Shown here one piece after another: positions 40,905 through 55,940 of a DNA stretch of 64,000 nucleotides; the first letter of the stretch is position 1, and each line of letters begins with the position of its first letter. The notes below the pieces were generated by a model, which saw only the letters and a list, made by a program, of their open reading frames with translations, searched no databases and was not told the origin of the DNA. The DNA comes from Lama glama. Taxonomy: Eukaryota. The stretch spans positions 96,288,001 to 96,352,000 of the forward strand of contig CM052817.1 in assembly GCA_028534125.1 (NCBI GenBank), read 5' to 3'. Position numbers and translations under genes: made by a program.

Positions 40905-43900
40905 GGATTTGGGGAAAATGGCAGAGCAAGAAGCACCTGGAAGCTGTCTCCCAGCCTAGACAACAACTGCAGTCTGATGTAACTATCTTGGAACTCTGGA
41001 GTCTATTGAAGTCTTCCAACTTACAGGGGAAGGCTTGGACAGTAAACTGTGGTTAACTTTGCTGAATTTCAACTCTTAGCCCACCAGCACCTACTTGTCC
41101 CCACCACCAGTCTCCATCATAGGCATCCATCTTATTGTTCCTGGACCAGCTTTCAAACAATTTGCAGGATCCAGGGTAGATGAGAAGGACCGTATCCTCC
41201 AAATATTGGGGCTCTGTTTTCTAATTGTTGATTGTTGCTTCTGATCATGGAGAGACAGACATAGGGGTGGGAGCAGCCACTGTTGCACACAGACTCCCAT
41301 TCTTATAAGCCCATTCTTCAGGCTAAAGCAACCTTCAGGGGATTCAAAGGGACAATGCCTCTCTAGCACCGTTCCTCCACTCTTCATTTTTTTTCTCACC
41401 TTTTAAGAACCAGTCATTAAACATTAGGACATTTGAAAGCCACTGGTATATAGGGGAAATTAGAAAGTCACCATACACGCCCAAGGAAAGGCACAGGCTC
41501 AGAAAAGACCTGAGAAGACCTTAATTTTCACTTCAGGCTGATCCTCATAAGAGGATCAGAAACAGCTTACAACACTAAAACAAAACAAAATAAAACAAAA
41601 ACAAAAAGCAGCAAACCCTGAGAAAGGAAAAGGATCTGATTACCAGAGTTGCCACATTAATAGATTCAAATGTCTAATTTTCAACAAAAACTTACAAGGC
41701 ATACAAGAAAAAAAAAAAAAAACCATGAAAGTATGGTCCATTGAAGGAAAAAAATAAAGCAACTGAAGCCATCCCTGAGAAAGACCAGATGGCAGATCTG
41801 CTGGACAAAGCTCTTAAAATAAGTGTCTTATAGATGATAGAAGAACTAAAGGAAGATTAAAAAAAAAAGTCAAGAAAAAGATGTATGAACTAAATGGAAA
41901 TAGCAATAAATAGAAAGAAAACATAGGAAGGAAGGAAGGAAAAGAGAGAGAGGTGAGTAGAAAGATTATTTTAAGAAAAATGGCAAAATTTCCCAAATTT
42001 TATAAACATTATGAATAGAAACATTAGAGAAGTTTGACAAACTGTAGGTAGGAAAATTCAAAGAAATCTACACTCAGACACATTATAATCAAACTCCCAA
42101 AGGCAAAGACAAAGAGTGAACCTTGAAAGTGGAGGCGGAGAAGAAACTCATCACAAACACAGGATTATTTATAAGCAGATTTCTCACCAGAAACTTTGAA
42201 GGCCAGAAAGAAGGATCTTTTATATTTCAAAATGCTAAAAGAGAAAAACTGTCAACCAATAATCCTACATCTGGCAAAACTGTCCTTCAAAAGTGAGGGA
42301 GAAATTAAGACATTCTTGGATAAACAAAAGCTGAGGAAGTTTCTTTCTATGGGAACTTCCTTGCAGCAAATGCTAAAAGGAGCCCTGCAGGTTGAAACAA
42401 AAGGACACTAGACAGTAACTAGAAGTCATATGAAGAAATCAAGGCCTCTGTAAAGGTAAACACATAGTCAATTATAAAAGCTAGAATTTTTGTAACAATA
42501 GTTGGTAACTTCGTATTTTGTTTTCTACATAACTTAAGAAATTAATACACTTATAAAAATAATTATTCTAAGAACTAGTATTATTATAACTTTGATTTGT
42601 AATTCCTATTTTGTTTTCTACATAATTTAGGATACTGCATTAAAAAACAATTATTAATGTATGTGTGGGAGCAAGGGATATGTGGGAAATCTGTATACCT
42701 TCCCTTCAATTTTGCTGTGAACCTAAAACTAAAAAAAAGTTGTCTTTCAACAACAAAAATTATTAATGTTTTTTAACACAAAATTTATAAATATGTAATT
42801 TTGTGACATCAATAATCAAAAGTGGTAGGGATGGAGCTGTCAAGGAGCAAAGGTTTTGTACATCAGTGAAGTTAAGCTAGTATAAATTCAAAATAGAGCA
42901 GTATAACTTTAGGATGTCAGATGTAATCCTCATGGTAACTACAAAGAAAATAGTTATAGAATATACACAAAAGGAAATGAGAAGGGAATTTAAATGTTTC
43001 ACAACAAAAAAAAATCAGCTAAACATAAAAGAAGACAGTAATGCAGAAAATGAGGGAAAAAAAGCTATAAGGCATATAAAAAACAAATAGCAAATGACAG
43101 AAGTAAGTTCCTTCTTAGTAGTAATTACTTTAAATGTAAGTGGATTACACTCTCCAATCAAAAGACAGAGACAGTCAGGCAGAATGAATTTTAAAAAACA
43201 TGGTCTAACTATGTGCTGTCTATAAGAAATTCACTTTACATCCAAAGACACAAATAGGTTGAAAGTGAAAAGATGGGAAAAGCTATTCCGTGCAAATAGT
43301 AACAGAAAGAGAGCAGAGATGGTAATATTAATATCAGACAAAATAGATTTGAAATCAAAAATGTTTATGAGATAAAGAAGGACACAATATATTATAACAG
43401 ATGATAAAGAAGAACACAACATATTAATAACAGTTTCAATATAGCAAGAAAATATAACCACCATAAACATTCATCCACTTAGTAACAGACCATCAAAATA
43501 AATAAAGCAAAAATGGACAGAATTGAAGGAAGAAATAGACAGTTCATCATGATAGCTGTAGATTTAAATACCTGACTCTCAATAATGGATAGAACAACCA
43601 AACGGAAGATAAGTGAGAAAATGGAGGACTTGAACAACACAATAAGCCAACTGGATGTAACAGACATATACAGAACACTCTACCCAGCAACAGCAGAATA
43701 CACAATCTTCCCAAAGACACATAGGACATTTTCCAAGGTAGGCCATATATTAGGCAACAAATTAAGTCTCAACTGTTTTAAAATATATATATATCAGACA
43801 AAGTATCTCCTTTGGCCACAATTGGATGAAGTTAGAAGTCAATAAGGGAGGGAAAACCAGAAAATTCACCAATTTGTGGAAATTAGATAACACAATCAAT

Positions 43901-46820
43901 GGATTAAAAAAGAAATCACAAGAGAAATTAGAAAATACTTAGAAATGAATGAAAATGAAAACACAACATAGCAAAACTTATGGAATGCAGTGAAAGCAGT
44001 GCCAAAGGGGAAATTTATAACTAGCAATGCTTTAATTTACAAACAAAAAAGATCTTAAAAATTTTTAAAAAACTTTTCTCAAAATCAACACTCTAAACTT
44101 ACAATTTAGTGAATTAGGAAAAGAACAAACTAAACCCAAAGCTTGCAGAAGGGAAAAATAAAGGTTAGGACAGAGATAAATGAAATAAAGGATAGGAAAA
44201 CAATACCAAAAACTCAATAAAACCAAAAGTTGATTCTTTGAAAAGGTCAACAATATTGAAAAATCTTTAGCTAGATTAACTAAGGAAAAAACAGAGAAGA
44301 CCCAAATTACTAAAATCAGAGATGAAAATAGGGATATTACTACCAATTCTGCAGAGATAAAAAGGATTCTAAGAGAGCACTATATACAGCTCTGTATAAT
44401 GAACAGAATAACCTAGAAGAAATGGACAAATTCCTAGAATCAAAACCTACCAAGACTGAATTGTGAAGAAATAATTAACCTGAATTGGCCTATAGTTAGT
44501 AAAGATGATGAACCAGTAATAGGAAATCTCCCAACAAAGAAAAGCCCTGGATCGGATGGCTTTACCAGCAGATTCTATCAAAAATTTAAAGGACTAATAA
44601 CCCTTCTCAAACTTATCCAAATATTGTAAAGGAGGGAACACTTCCTAACTCATTCCTAACTCACTGCCCTAATACCAAAGCCAGACAGACACCACAAGGA
44701 AAGAAAACTACAGTTTCAACATCCCTCATGAACACTGATTCAACAAAATACTAGTGAACTGAATCCAGCAGTGTATTAAGAGAATTATATGCTGTGGCTA
44801 AATGGAATGCAAGAATATTTCAATATACTAAAATTGATCGATGTAATACATCGTATGAACAGAATGAAGAAAAATTACTGTATGATCATCTCAATTGATG
44901 TAGAAAAAGCATTTGACAAAATTAAACACACTTTCACAATGAAAACACTCAACAAACTAGGAATAGAAGGAAACTACTTCAATATACTAAAAGCCATATA
45001 TGAAAAACCCACAGTGATCATCATACTCAGTTGTGAAAAACTGAAAGCTTTCATCTGAAATTAGAAACAAAGCAAGAATGTCCAATTTCCTCACTTCTAT
45101 TCAACACAGTACTTAGAGCAATTAGGCAAGAAAAAGAAAACAAAGGCATCCAAATTGGAAAGGAAGAAGTAAAATTATCTCTGTTTCCAGCTGTTGTGAT
45201 TTTATATATAGAAAACACTAAAGATTCCCCCCAAAAGCTATGAGAACTAATAAATTCAGTCAAGTAATAAACTCAGGATATAAGGTCAACATTCAAAATT
45301 TGGCAGCATATCTATACACTAAGAATAAATAATCTGAAAAGAAAATTAAGAAGATAATTCCACTTACAATAGAAACAAAAAAATAAAACAAAATAAAAGG
45401 TAAAATGCTCAGTAATTAACTGAAATTACTGAAAGACTTATATAATGAAAACTATTAAAACATTGTTGAAAGAAATTAAAGAAGACTTAGATAAATGAAA
45501 AGGCATCCGATGTTCGTGGATTAAAATATTTAATATTGTTAAGATGTCAATACTACTTAAAGAAGTTTACAGATCCAATTCAATCCCTATCAAAATACCA
45601 ACGACATTTTTTTTCAGAAATAGAAAAATCCATCTTAAAATTCATATGTAATCTCAAGGGACCCTGAATAACCAAAATAATTTTGAGAAAGAAAAGTTGG
45701 ACTTACACGTCCTGATTTTAAAACTTACTACAAAGTTACAGTGACAGTTTAGTACTGGCATAAAGACAGACATATAGGCCAATAGAGTAGAGAGCTCCGA
45801 AATAATCCTTCACATATATAGTCAAATGACTTTTGACAAGACTATCAAGACTATTCAATGGGGAAAGGACAGTTTTTCAACAAGTGATGATGGGAAAACT
45901 AAATATCCACATGCAAAAGAATAAGGTTGGACGCTTGCCTAACACCATAAACATAAATTAATTCAAAATAAATCAAAGGCCTAAACATAATGGCTAAAAT
46001 TATGGAACTCTTAGAAGAAAATGCAGGGCAAAAGCTTTATGACATTGAATTTGGCAATGATTTACTGGATATGATACCAAAAGTACAGACAACAAAAGAA
46101 AAATTAGATTTCATGAAAATTAAAAACTTTTATTATCAAAGGACACTATCAACAAAGTGAAAAGGCAACAAATAGAATAGGAGATAATAATTGGAAATCA
46201 TATATCTGATAAAGGATTAACATCCAGGATATAGAATTATTCCTAAAACTCAACGACAAAAATAAACAATTCAAAAACAGACAAAGGACTTGAATCAACA
46301 GTTCTCCAAAGAAGATACCCAAATGACCAACATGAAAATATATTCAACATCACTAATCATTGGGGAAATGTAAATCAAAATCACAATGAGATATCACCTC
46401 ACACCCATTATGATGGCTACACCCATAAAAGTGAAAAATGATAAATGTTGGTGAAGATGTGGAGAAATTGGAACTCCTGTGCATTGTTGGTGGAGATTAA
46501 AAATGGTACAGCCATTGTGATAGCAGAATGGTGGTTCCTCAAAGAATTAAAAGTAGAATTATCAAATTATTTAGCAATTCCACCACTCATTAAACCTCAA
46601 AGGAATTGAAAACTGGGTCTTGAAGAGATATTTCTACACCCACATTCACAGCAATGTTATTCACAATAGGGAAAACATGAAAGCAACCCAAGTGTCCATT
46701 GAGAGATAAATGGATAAGCAAAATGTATATACATACAATGGAATATTGTTCAGCCTTAAAAAGGAAGGAAATTGTTATATATGCTACAACATGGAAGAAA
46801 CTCGAGGACACTGAAAGCCT
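40905..46820 (+). mobile_element. Near full-length decayed L1 (old L1M-type; 5' UTR, ORF1, ORF2), antisense to TTC29
   Basis: 5' motif aaaatggcagagcaagaagc. ORF1 piece FKMLKEKNCQPIILHLAKLSFKSEGEIKTFLDKQKLRKF (42196-42411), endonuclease piece (43585-43845), RT piece [18 protein letters not shown] (44789-45058), ORF2 C-terminus near 46700. Many stops and frameshifts. Confidence 0.93.
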
Positions 46821-47804
46821 TAGAAAAGCAAGAGTACTTGTGCACCCACACCTGATTCGCTTTAAGAACTGAGAAGATGACATTGTTTATTATAACATCT
46901 TATTTTTCCAACATAGAAAACAGAATAGGGTATGGATATGAGTTGGGGGATAATTTTTATATGATTGTAGCAATATCAATATTTTGAGGATAATTTTTAA
47001 CTATAATGGAGAATGGAAAAGGGTCAAATTAGTTTTGGATCTTCCCACATATGCTTTTCTTGATATAGACAGAACACAATATCAGAAACAAAACTCAACA
47101 TGATAAAAACATCTTGCTCCTTGAATTACAGGTGATGTGGCTGGGTCATTGTTCATCTCACTGACTTTTGGTTCCAACTGATTCAACTTCTGTGGTACCT
47201 GGGTGCTTATGCTCTTTGTTACTAAATTTTTCAAATGATTACTAAATAAAATGCCATCGTGTACTTCCAGGTTTATGAGCTATTGTAGGAAGAATCATAC
47301 TCCCTGGCTATATTCTATACATTTCTAAAACAGTAGGTTTGTACTTAAAATAATCTTATAGTAATCATAAGTTTAAGCAATTTTTAGACATTTAAAAAAC
47401 TGAAATAGCTGATGAGATAGCTGAGCATAATGCAAATTATGTTGCTTAATACAACATAAACAATTTCTGAAAAGTTTGCTGTAAGTTGAAATTTTTTTTT
47501 AACAGCCCCCTCATTGGTCAGCATTACTAAGTTTGAAATGTATCTCTTATTAAAAACTTTATCTTTTAAACATGACGAAAAATAATACCCAGTACAAAGT
47601 AAAATGTGGAACTATACATATTTAAAGGAAATAATATTACTACATAAATCAACACTTAGAGTTAATGCAAAATAATTAGGTAATTTATATTATTAGTAAA
47701 TGCTTTAAAAGCCAAAGAAAAATGATCAATGACAGTTAAAGATAATAGCTAAAGTGAAGACTGTCTACATGTGTTTCATATAGAGAATTTCCATGGGAAT
47801 TTCC

Positions 47805-47855
<51 letters not shown>
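47805..47855. repeat. (TAT)17 microsatellite
   Basis: Perfect trinucleotide run; source of the poly-Leu in track ORF 47771..47992. Confidence 0.95.
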
Positions 47856-50019
47856 CTGCAAATAGTTGTGGAAATCAAAGATTAGCAAAGTCAGGTAACC
47901 TGCAAAAGATTACACAGGCATTAATAGCAACAGCAAATTTCCAGCTGAAGAAGAAATCAGCTCCCCTAAAAGCCAGAGCTGCAATGTCATGATTCCTATG
48001 CTTTTCTCTGACAAAGATTTTTTAAAGTCTATTTAGAACTGCTAAGTTTAAACACCAGATGTGAAAATAATATTTTAAACAAAACTTTTAAAGGACAGAG
48101 AGACATACATGCCTAAGAAATTGGCATTTCTGTGGTCTGTTGAACTTTGACATCTTTCCTTTTTTTTATTGATTTAGATTTGGTTTCAGTGTAAATTTGA
48201 GATCCTTTTTGCATCTAGTAAACAATTTTTTAACGTTCCTTTCAATTGCATTTTCCTTCAATTCCCAAATTTTAAACTTTATTGACATCAATATTCCTTT
48301 TAAATAAAATATGGTTAAAACCCTCTTTCCTTTCCTAGTTTCACATCCTAGAGACCTGCTGTGGAAGACAGTACTAGAATAAAAATAAGTAAATAAATAA
48401 AGAAAAATAAAAAGGAGTGGCATCCCCTACTATTTCCATCTGTATTCTCTGTTGCTTTTTTATTTTTATTTTTTGGCTTTCAGGAGAAGGTAAAGTATAG
48501 TTGTCTCTCTATAACACCAAATCCTTGTCTCTTTTTCTTGAATCAGGAAGAAGATTTTAAAACCCAATTTGCTACCCAGAAGGAAAGAGGGTCACCTTCC
48601 TTTCCTTCTCTTTCTTGCCTATTCCTATTAGTCAGATAACCATTTATTTGGCAAGTGGCATCTTCAGAAAGTTTAATTTGCAAACCTCTGAAAAGAATTT
48701 TACTGATTACAGAGGAGCAAAATGTTTTCAAGAGAAAACAAAATAATGTCACAAAGTTATCCAAAAGTAAACAAAATGAGTGAAGCAGAGGAAAAACTCA
48801 ACTAAAGGGGCCTAAATTCCCATAATGTTATCATGAAATATTATATCCTGAGTAAACATCTTCATCTTGTTACACAGATTTTGAGGGCCTGACCATTGTG
48901 CAAATCCAGGTGCTAATTTTGCACATAATAAATATCTTGGTAGTTTGTAAAGGCACCTTTGGAAGACAATTTTGGAATACGTTCAAGATGAAAACCTAAG
49001 ATTGGCAAAATGCTAATTTACTTTAACTGAGTTATAATACAATTTAAAATGAGGTGGGAGAGAAAAGCTTTAAAAGATATGAAAATAGATGGCTCTGTTT
49101 CTTTATAATCCAAACTCGTTGAACATGGTAACTGATAGTCCTATTTGCCACTGTGCTGACAAAGTGACAGTAGACATCAACTGGTGATGCTTGAAAGATA
49201 CTCTAAAAGAAAGCAGTATCTTAGGGATGTATGCAATTTTGAACTAAAGCTATTCTTCCATATAACAGAACTTGATATCTGAAGCAGAAAATAATATTGA
49301 GCAGATTAACATTCTCTGTCCCCTGATAATTTTGTTTATTTGTAGCCTCATACATAGCTAAAGCTGTAAAAACTGCCCCCCAGAAAATTTATTTGAATAT
49401 ATAAATGACACTTTTATTACCTAGCTACTCAAAGCAATTCTGATATGATAATAAGTGATATTTCAAGTCCTTCAAAAAAAAACATATTCTGATAATATAA
49501 TACAGAATAAAAAAACCAAAGAAATACAATGTGATCTTCTTTAGTTGTTAAAGATCAGTTAAATACTATTAATGAACTATGTAAAGGCTTATCTAAAAAA
49601 GTCAAATTATCAGTGTCAAATATATTGTATGTTAGTACAATATGCTTAAAAAATAGCTATTAGGCACAGCAATAATCTGGTCACTTAAAAAGTAATGAAG
49701 CATACTAGAATTCTGTCTGTAAATGTAAATGGTAAAAAACTCAGAAGCTGTTTTCCTTTGAACCATTTTACCCATTCCAAAGTAAAATGATCCCTCATCA
49801 CTTGGACATTCCAGTAACAACTACTTTAGCTTGTCCTGCGCTCAATTACTCATTGAAATTTTATACTCCTACTTGTAAACATAAAACACTTTGGAGGAGT
49901 TAAACTTCCTCAACACATAGTCAAACCAGCTACCTACAACACTGAACTAAATATATTATAACCAAAGAATATTCATAGCAGGATGCCTATTTCATGGTGT
50001 TAATAAACTAACATTTACT

Positions 50020-51680
50020 CTTCACTCATTTATTCATTTGACATCTAGTTACTGAGCTCCGCCCATGTGCCAGGCCCTGTTTAAGCCCTGGGGATACAGT
50101 GGCATACACACAGACACAGTCTTGTTCCCGTGGCACGTGCATTCCACTAGGGATGAAAACAGTCCACATATAAACTCCCAACACAAGATGAGGACCAGAT
50201 GACAGCAGAAATACACCCAGCTGATCTGATTGGGAATGAGTGTGGGTGGGTGAGACCTACTCAATTATGGGGTCAGGGAATGGTAGAGCAAGAAGGTCAC
50301 ATTTAAGGTGACACCTGCGTAACAAGAAGTATTAGCAATAAGGCTACACCGAGATGAGTGAGTGGTGGGGAGAAAGGTGAGACAAGGTCAGAGAGGTCAG
50401 CAAAGTCCAAACCATATAGGACTTTAGGCCATGATGAAATCTTTAGAGCTTATCATAAGAATAATGGGAAGCTCTTGGAGGTGAGTGTCCCCATGATCTG
50501 AGTTTTAAAAGATCACTCTGGTGGCTGAATTTGGTGGAATTCAAGGGGATATGAGAAGAGCAATTAGGAGACTATTCTAGCGACCTTGGTGAGAGATGAT
50601 GGTGGCTATGCAATGAACAGAAGTAGTTGAACACAGGATATATTTTGGAATTATATCTGATAGGACATATTGATGGATTAGATGGGAAAGTAGTGGTGAA
50701 GGCAAGGTGAGACTCAAGGCTGCCTTGGTACCATTTAAGGAATTAAGGGAAGACTGGGGGAGGAATATTAGAAGGCAGTAGTGTGAGGGGCAAGAGAGGT
50801 AAAGCAAGAATCCACTTTGGGGCCATATCAACCTTGGAATGTCTATTATGTATCCAAGTAAATACATCAAGGAGGCAATTGGATATAAGTTTGAAGCTTA
50901 ATGGAGAGGTCAGGGCTGGATTTCTAAATGTGATAGTCATCAGGTATTGCTAATATTTAAAGCTGTAAGACCGGATCCAAATAATGTAGCTGGAGTAGCA
51001 ACTCTAAGACCCACCCCTAGGATGACCCACCACCAAAAGTTTGAAAAAAGAAAACCAGCCAGCAAAGGAGACTAAGGCAGCATAGTCAAAGAGTTTGGAG
51101 AAAAACCATGGAACATGGCATCCCAGAAGCCACAAGCACAGAAGGTTCAAGAAGAAAGTGCTCAACTGCATCAAATAATGTGAAGACATCAAGCAAGATG
51201 AGGACACTAACATGACCATTAGATGTGGTAAAAATGGAGAACACTGGTCACAGTAGACAGATTTCAGTGAGTGCTGGGTCTGGAAACCTATTTAGAGTTA
51301 ATTGAGGTAAGGATGGGATGTGGAAATACTGCAACAGGGCTTCTGGTCACTGTGAAGGGTAGAGGAAAACAGAATAGAATCTGGAGGAGGATAAGAAGTC
51401 AAGAGAAATACTAGAGTAGATACGAATGCTAGAGAGACTGACCCAATGGAAAAGAAGAAATTGATGATGTAGAAATAAAACACGCTTAACTGCTGGAGAA
51501 AGTCTTGAAACAAGGAAGAGGGGATGGTATCCAGAGCACAAGTGGATACAACACCCATAGATAAGAACAGGAACTCTCCACCCACTGCAATCGGGGGAAA
51601 GTCCCGGAGTGTGAGTTTATATATAAGCAGGTTGGTATATTTTGGAGTAGATGACAAAGGGTGATTCTGGGACTAGACGA
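50020..51680 (-). mobile_element. L2 fragment (3' end and part of ORF2), minus strand
   Basis: cattcatt start, purine-rich body with aaagatcactctggtggc and ggaggcaattggatata. Track ORF pieces such as ISNCLLDVFTW...SK are L2 ORF2-like. Confidence 0.8.
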
Positions 51681-53933
51681 AGAACACACTATAGGATATC
51701 AAAGCTAGTGGACATGAATTATGTAAGTATACATTTCTACTATCATCTTAGAGAAGAATAAGCAGCATAAAGAGGAATTTGAGGATACACCTTAGACACT
51801 GCTTTTGCCTGATTGAAATTTGATTCATCAGTTTCTCCCCATTCCATCTTTGTATACTGAGGATCTGTGATGCACTAGTCTGATCATTCTACAATGCTAC
51901 CGGGTAGGGAGCCAAACTCAGAATCTGTCTTCTGTGGCCAGTTCCATCCTACCATCTTGGTCCTCTCTACTTTTTTCTAGACTTCTAGGCTATATCTCAT
52001 AGTACAATCAGCACTCTTTCATTCCATATTTATTTCCTGCTTGCATGTCTCATTGTCTCTAGTGGAGACAAGGATGAGACCAAGTATTTTACAATAAAAT
52101 AACATTGTTTCTCCCTCTGTGAAAAAGCTAGTTTTAGGCACATAATAAATGCTTGTTGACCAATTTATTTTTTTTTACAGTTGGATGGCTAATAAAAAGT
52201 TTCATGAAGCAATTCCTTAGCTAACAGAATATGCATAATTCCTCACAGCATCTGCTGGGTGTTGCTGGGAGATGCTGAAATCAATTTTCTCCTTTACATG
52301 CTATTAGTTTGTCTGGGGCAAGGTCTAGAATGTATTATCACTCAAAAGCTTAATAGTGAGCTAAGTACAAGTTCCCTTCCTACTAAAGTTTGCACTTACT
52401 ATCTTAGGGAAAGAGCTTTGGTCTAAAAAAGTATTCAAGCACAAGAAGCTTTAAAGAGAATGCAATAGTAAGGACTGAGAATTACCCAGTGCTACTTGTT
52501 TTCTGTAGCATAATAGGGATTTGAAATCAATTTGGTAATATCCTTAGTGAAAAAAAATTTGTTAAGAGAACACTCATCAGCATAGCTTATTTTGCATTGT
52601 CTTAGAACAATGTTTTCTTCAGTGCAGACTGAAAGCTAAGCATATTTTAAGTATATGGATGTCTAGTTTGTTAATATATGTGAAGTACAGGTTTCATTTC
52701 AAATTTAATTCCTAATTCTTAAGCCAATTAGAGCTATTTGGATGTCATTATACTTAAGTCAGAATGCAAATATCACTCATACATTTTTATTTTAAGAAGG
52801 AATTATATCATCAGACAATATTGACCTTTAATTTATCCAACAGGTTACCATGAAAAATTAATAAATTAACAATTTAAATAGCCTTTAAAACCAACAGTCC
52901 CAAATACTACACTAGGTAGCCAACAGAGCTCCAAGGAAGACAGTGATGATAATTATTATAAAATTTTGTCACTCTATAAAATAAAGTAGCTACTGACAGA
53001 ATGAACTATTCCATTTTTCCATGTTAAATATAAATTGACAAAGATCATATCTAATAAAAAGAAATGTATCTCAAGAGATTTAGAATTTTAGACTGTTTGA
53101 AAACTTACACCAAAAATATTACTAGGAATACTTCTTCAGTGGAATCCCATAGCATTAGACAGTACTAATAGAGATAATCTTTTAAAAGCTTTTATTGTAT
53201 AAAATATGTTAATTGAATCATTTAATGAACTCTATAAGATGCACGTGTATATACAAGATTTCTATTTGTCAATGCTTACATCTAAAAATCTGGTAACAGA
53301 GTCACGAAGTCTATAGGTAAGAAATATTAAATCTTTTTAGCTATTATTCTGGGTTTCTATTTATTTCTCACTAACTTACATGGATTTTCATACTGTTTTT
53401 ACTTGGACAGTAAATTAGGTTCCAACTAGCAGTAAAATGGCAAAGTTTCCATTGTTCATTAAAAAACAATAAATCCAGACAATTTAAAATTATTTTTAAA
53501 TTAGCCAATAAACTATGTTCCATTAATTCTTTTTGTGGGTTCTTGGTGAAGGAAAGAATATAAAGATTTTTTTTTAATCACCAGGAAAAATAAGATATGA
53601 ATCTCTTAAAGCTTTCTTTCTTCCCGATGAAGGCAATACATCTTAAAAATGGAAGTTATTAAGCAGTTAATGGCAAAGACTTAACTAAAATATTGCCAAC
53701 ATGATGGTATAATATCTTGGTAAATATGAGAATTTTGAAAGTCATAAAATTAAAGACTTTGATATGTGTAAGATCAATAGACGTGACTTATCACTATTTA
53801 ATATAAGCTTTAATTTTTAAGTGCCATGTTCCAATGAAAAAGTGAACTGCACAGGAAAACTGAAATTTCAATAAAGAATCCAGACAAAAGAAACAAACTT
53901 TCTATTAAAGTACCGTTAAAAGGTTATACTTAC

Positions 53934-54017
53934 GCGGCAACCTCCTCTTTTGACAATCCTTTGAAATTCACCTCCAGATAATGGTCTATGTCATCTTTTT
54001 CTTTGATCAGTTGAGAC
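53934..54017 (-). CDS. TTC29: TTC29 coding exon 2 (84 nt)
   Basis: tttag|GTCTCAACTG...GTTGCCGC|gtaagt, encoding (R)SQLIKEKDDIDHYLEVNFKGLSKEEVA(A). Phase is compatible with both neighbours. Confidence 0.96.
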
Positions 54018-55848
54018 CTAAATGAAATGGAAAGCAATAATAAAGCACTGCCTCATCGAGTTGAAAATCTACCAAACGTGTAAAATGCCACCAGGAGAAC
54101 AGAAATATTCAGGGTATAATACCATCGATAATAAATGTTCTGCAATAGCTATAGAGTTAGGTTGTTGACTGACAATTTCAAATTTTTAATTTTCTTGAAT
54201 GGAGAGAGATAGGGAAGAATACCAAACTCATTGTGTAAACAAATACAGTACCAACACATTAAAATAATCTGCGTTTTTAAAATAAATGGAGTTTTCCTCT
54301 CAAAGCTTATAAAATCTTCCATTTTATTCATGTTTAACTTTCCCAGTATAACTTTCCAACTACACAAGTCATATTCTGCTGGGCACAGGATCTTGAACTG
54401 AGAATACCTATTTGATACAAATATGTTAAATTATTGGTTGCAAACATTATGAAATTTTGCTCTGAAATGTTGTTTGTGTGGGTTTTTTGATTCACACATA
54501 AACTCAAATTATTACTAGTTCAAGATGCAAAGTGACTTTAAGAAGAGTTTACTGAGAAATATATCACATATGTAGTGTATTCAATTCTTTGCACCCTTCG
54601 CACCTTTAAAAATAAACACACTGTTAACATCTCAAGACAGTGGGAGTATGGGATACACAAATACCTATTTTTATTCAGAAGCTAATGAAGAATGTTGATA
54701 CAAAATGTTGCCCTAAATGATTGTGGTAAAAATGTTCTCCTTTAATAGAATGAATGCAAAAATGTTTTTCTTTAAAATCTATCTTATTTTAAGGATGTGG
54801 GATTGGACTAAGTTTTCGCTCATGTTGAAAAGAAAATGTAATCTCAGTCATTACAAAAGACAGGAAGAACAAGCTTTTTCAGATTTTGTAAATATTTCAC
54901 ATTATTCAAAAGTAAAATGGAAGATAAGAATGTATATGCCAGAATTATGGATCTATTGAAAATGTTCTGTTTTTCAAATTACTTGAAAAGAAAATACAGT
55001 TCTCTACAATTCTGTTTTTTCAGTTTCTACAATTTTCAATTCTATTTCAAAAGAGTTTTTATGGTAGTTTAGCTGAATGTATTTATTTTGGCCCAGGGGT
55101 TTGGGTCTTTCCCAGAAATACCAAAAAATGAGGTAGGAGCCTTCTCAGAACAAAGTAGTTTCATAATACTTTGATCATTACACCTTGCAGGAATTGAAAG
55201 GTATGCATAAAAAATAAGCAAACCTAAAATTCAAATTATTTATACTGATAAAAATCAATAAAGCTGTAAGTGGAAATTTCTAAATAACACAATCTTAGTT
55301 AACATTCATAATTACGACAATGTACATCAAATTCCTGCCCGGTAGTTTCTCAACAACAACTCCAGAAGCTCAGCAGCCATTCACAGGCAGCAGCGGTTTG
55401 ATGATGCATTTTCAAGCCCCAGGATCATTCCAGGAGCTAAACTATGCCTGCCAATTTACCCTGGTAGTAATTCTGTGCCACCATTCCTCCAGAACAAAAA
55501 TCAGTGCTCGAGACCTTGAGGTTTCTTTTTTAAAGCTTCTGCTTTTAATTCTCTACACATATTTTAAAAAGGAAATAGATTTCCAAAGCTTTATGGGAAC
55601 CACTTTATAATGGTAATAGGGAACAAAATGATCAAATAAGCACTAGCTTGCTAAATAATTATAGTCTTAATATTTGAATGAGGTTCAGCAATCCTTTTGA
55701 AATGGCAAATTTGAATATTCTGAATATAACAACATACTTTTGTCTTTAATCAATGTTGTTTTCTGAGATATGCTACTGACATTTCTTATGGCAAGAAATT
55801 CATTCTCTAGGAAAAAAAAAACAAAAAACAAAAGCCAGGGTCTTGTAC

Positions 55849-55940
55849 CTGGGAATATCTCTGGAGGAACACGGCAGCTTCTGTCGGGCCAAGGCCGTGA
55901 GCTTTGGGCGTGCCATGGGCAGTGGAGGCAGGGTGGTCAT
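55849..55940 (-). CDS. TTC29: TTC29 first coding exon (CDS part; exon starts at 55946 with 6 nt of 5' UTR)
   Basis: Minus strand reads MTTLPPLPMARPKLTALARQKLPCSSRDIPR, the recognisable TTC29 N-terminus. Acceptor tttttttggtag|TCCAGAATG, donor CCCAG|gtacaa, 92 coding nt (phase 2). Not in the ORF track in this frame. Confidence 0.96.

Noticed and set aside
47771..47992. Poly-Leu signal-peptide-like ORF
   Set aside because: Produced by the (TAT)17 microsatellite.
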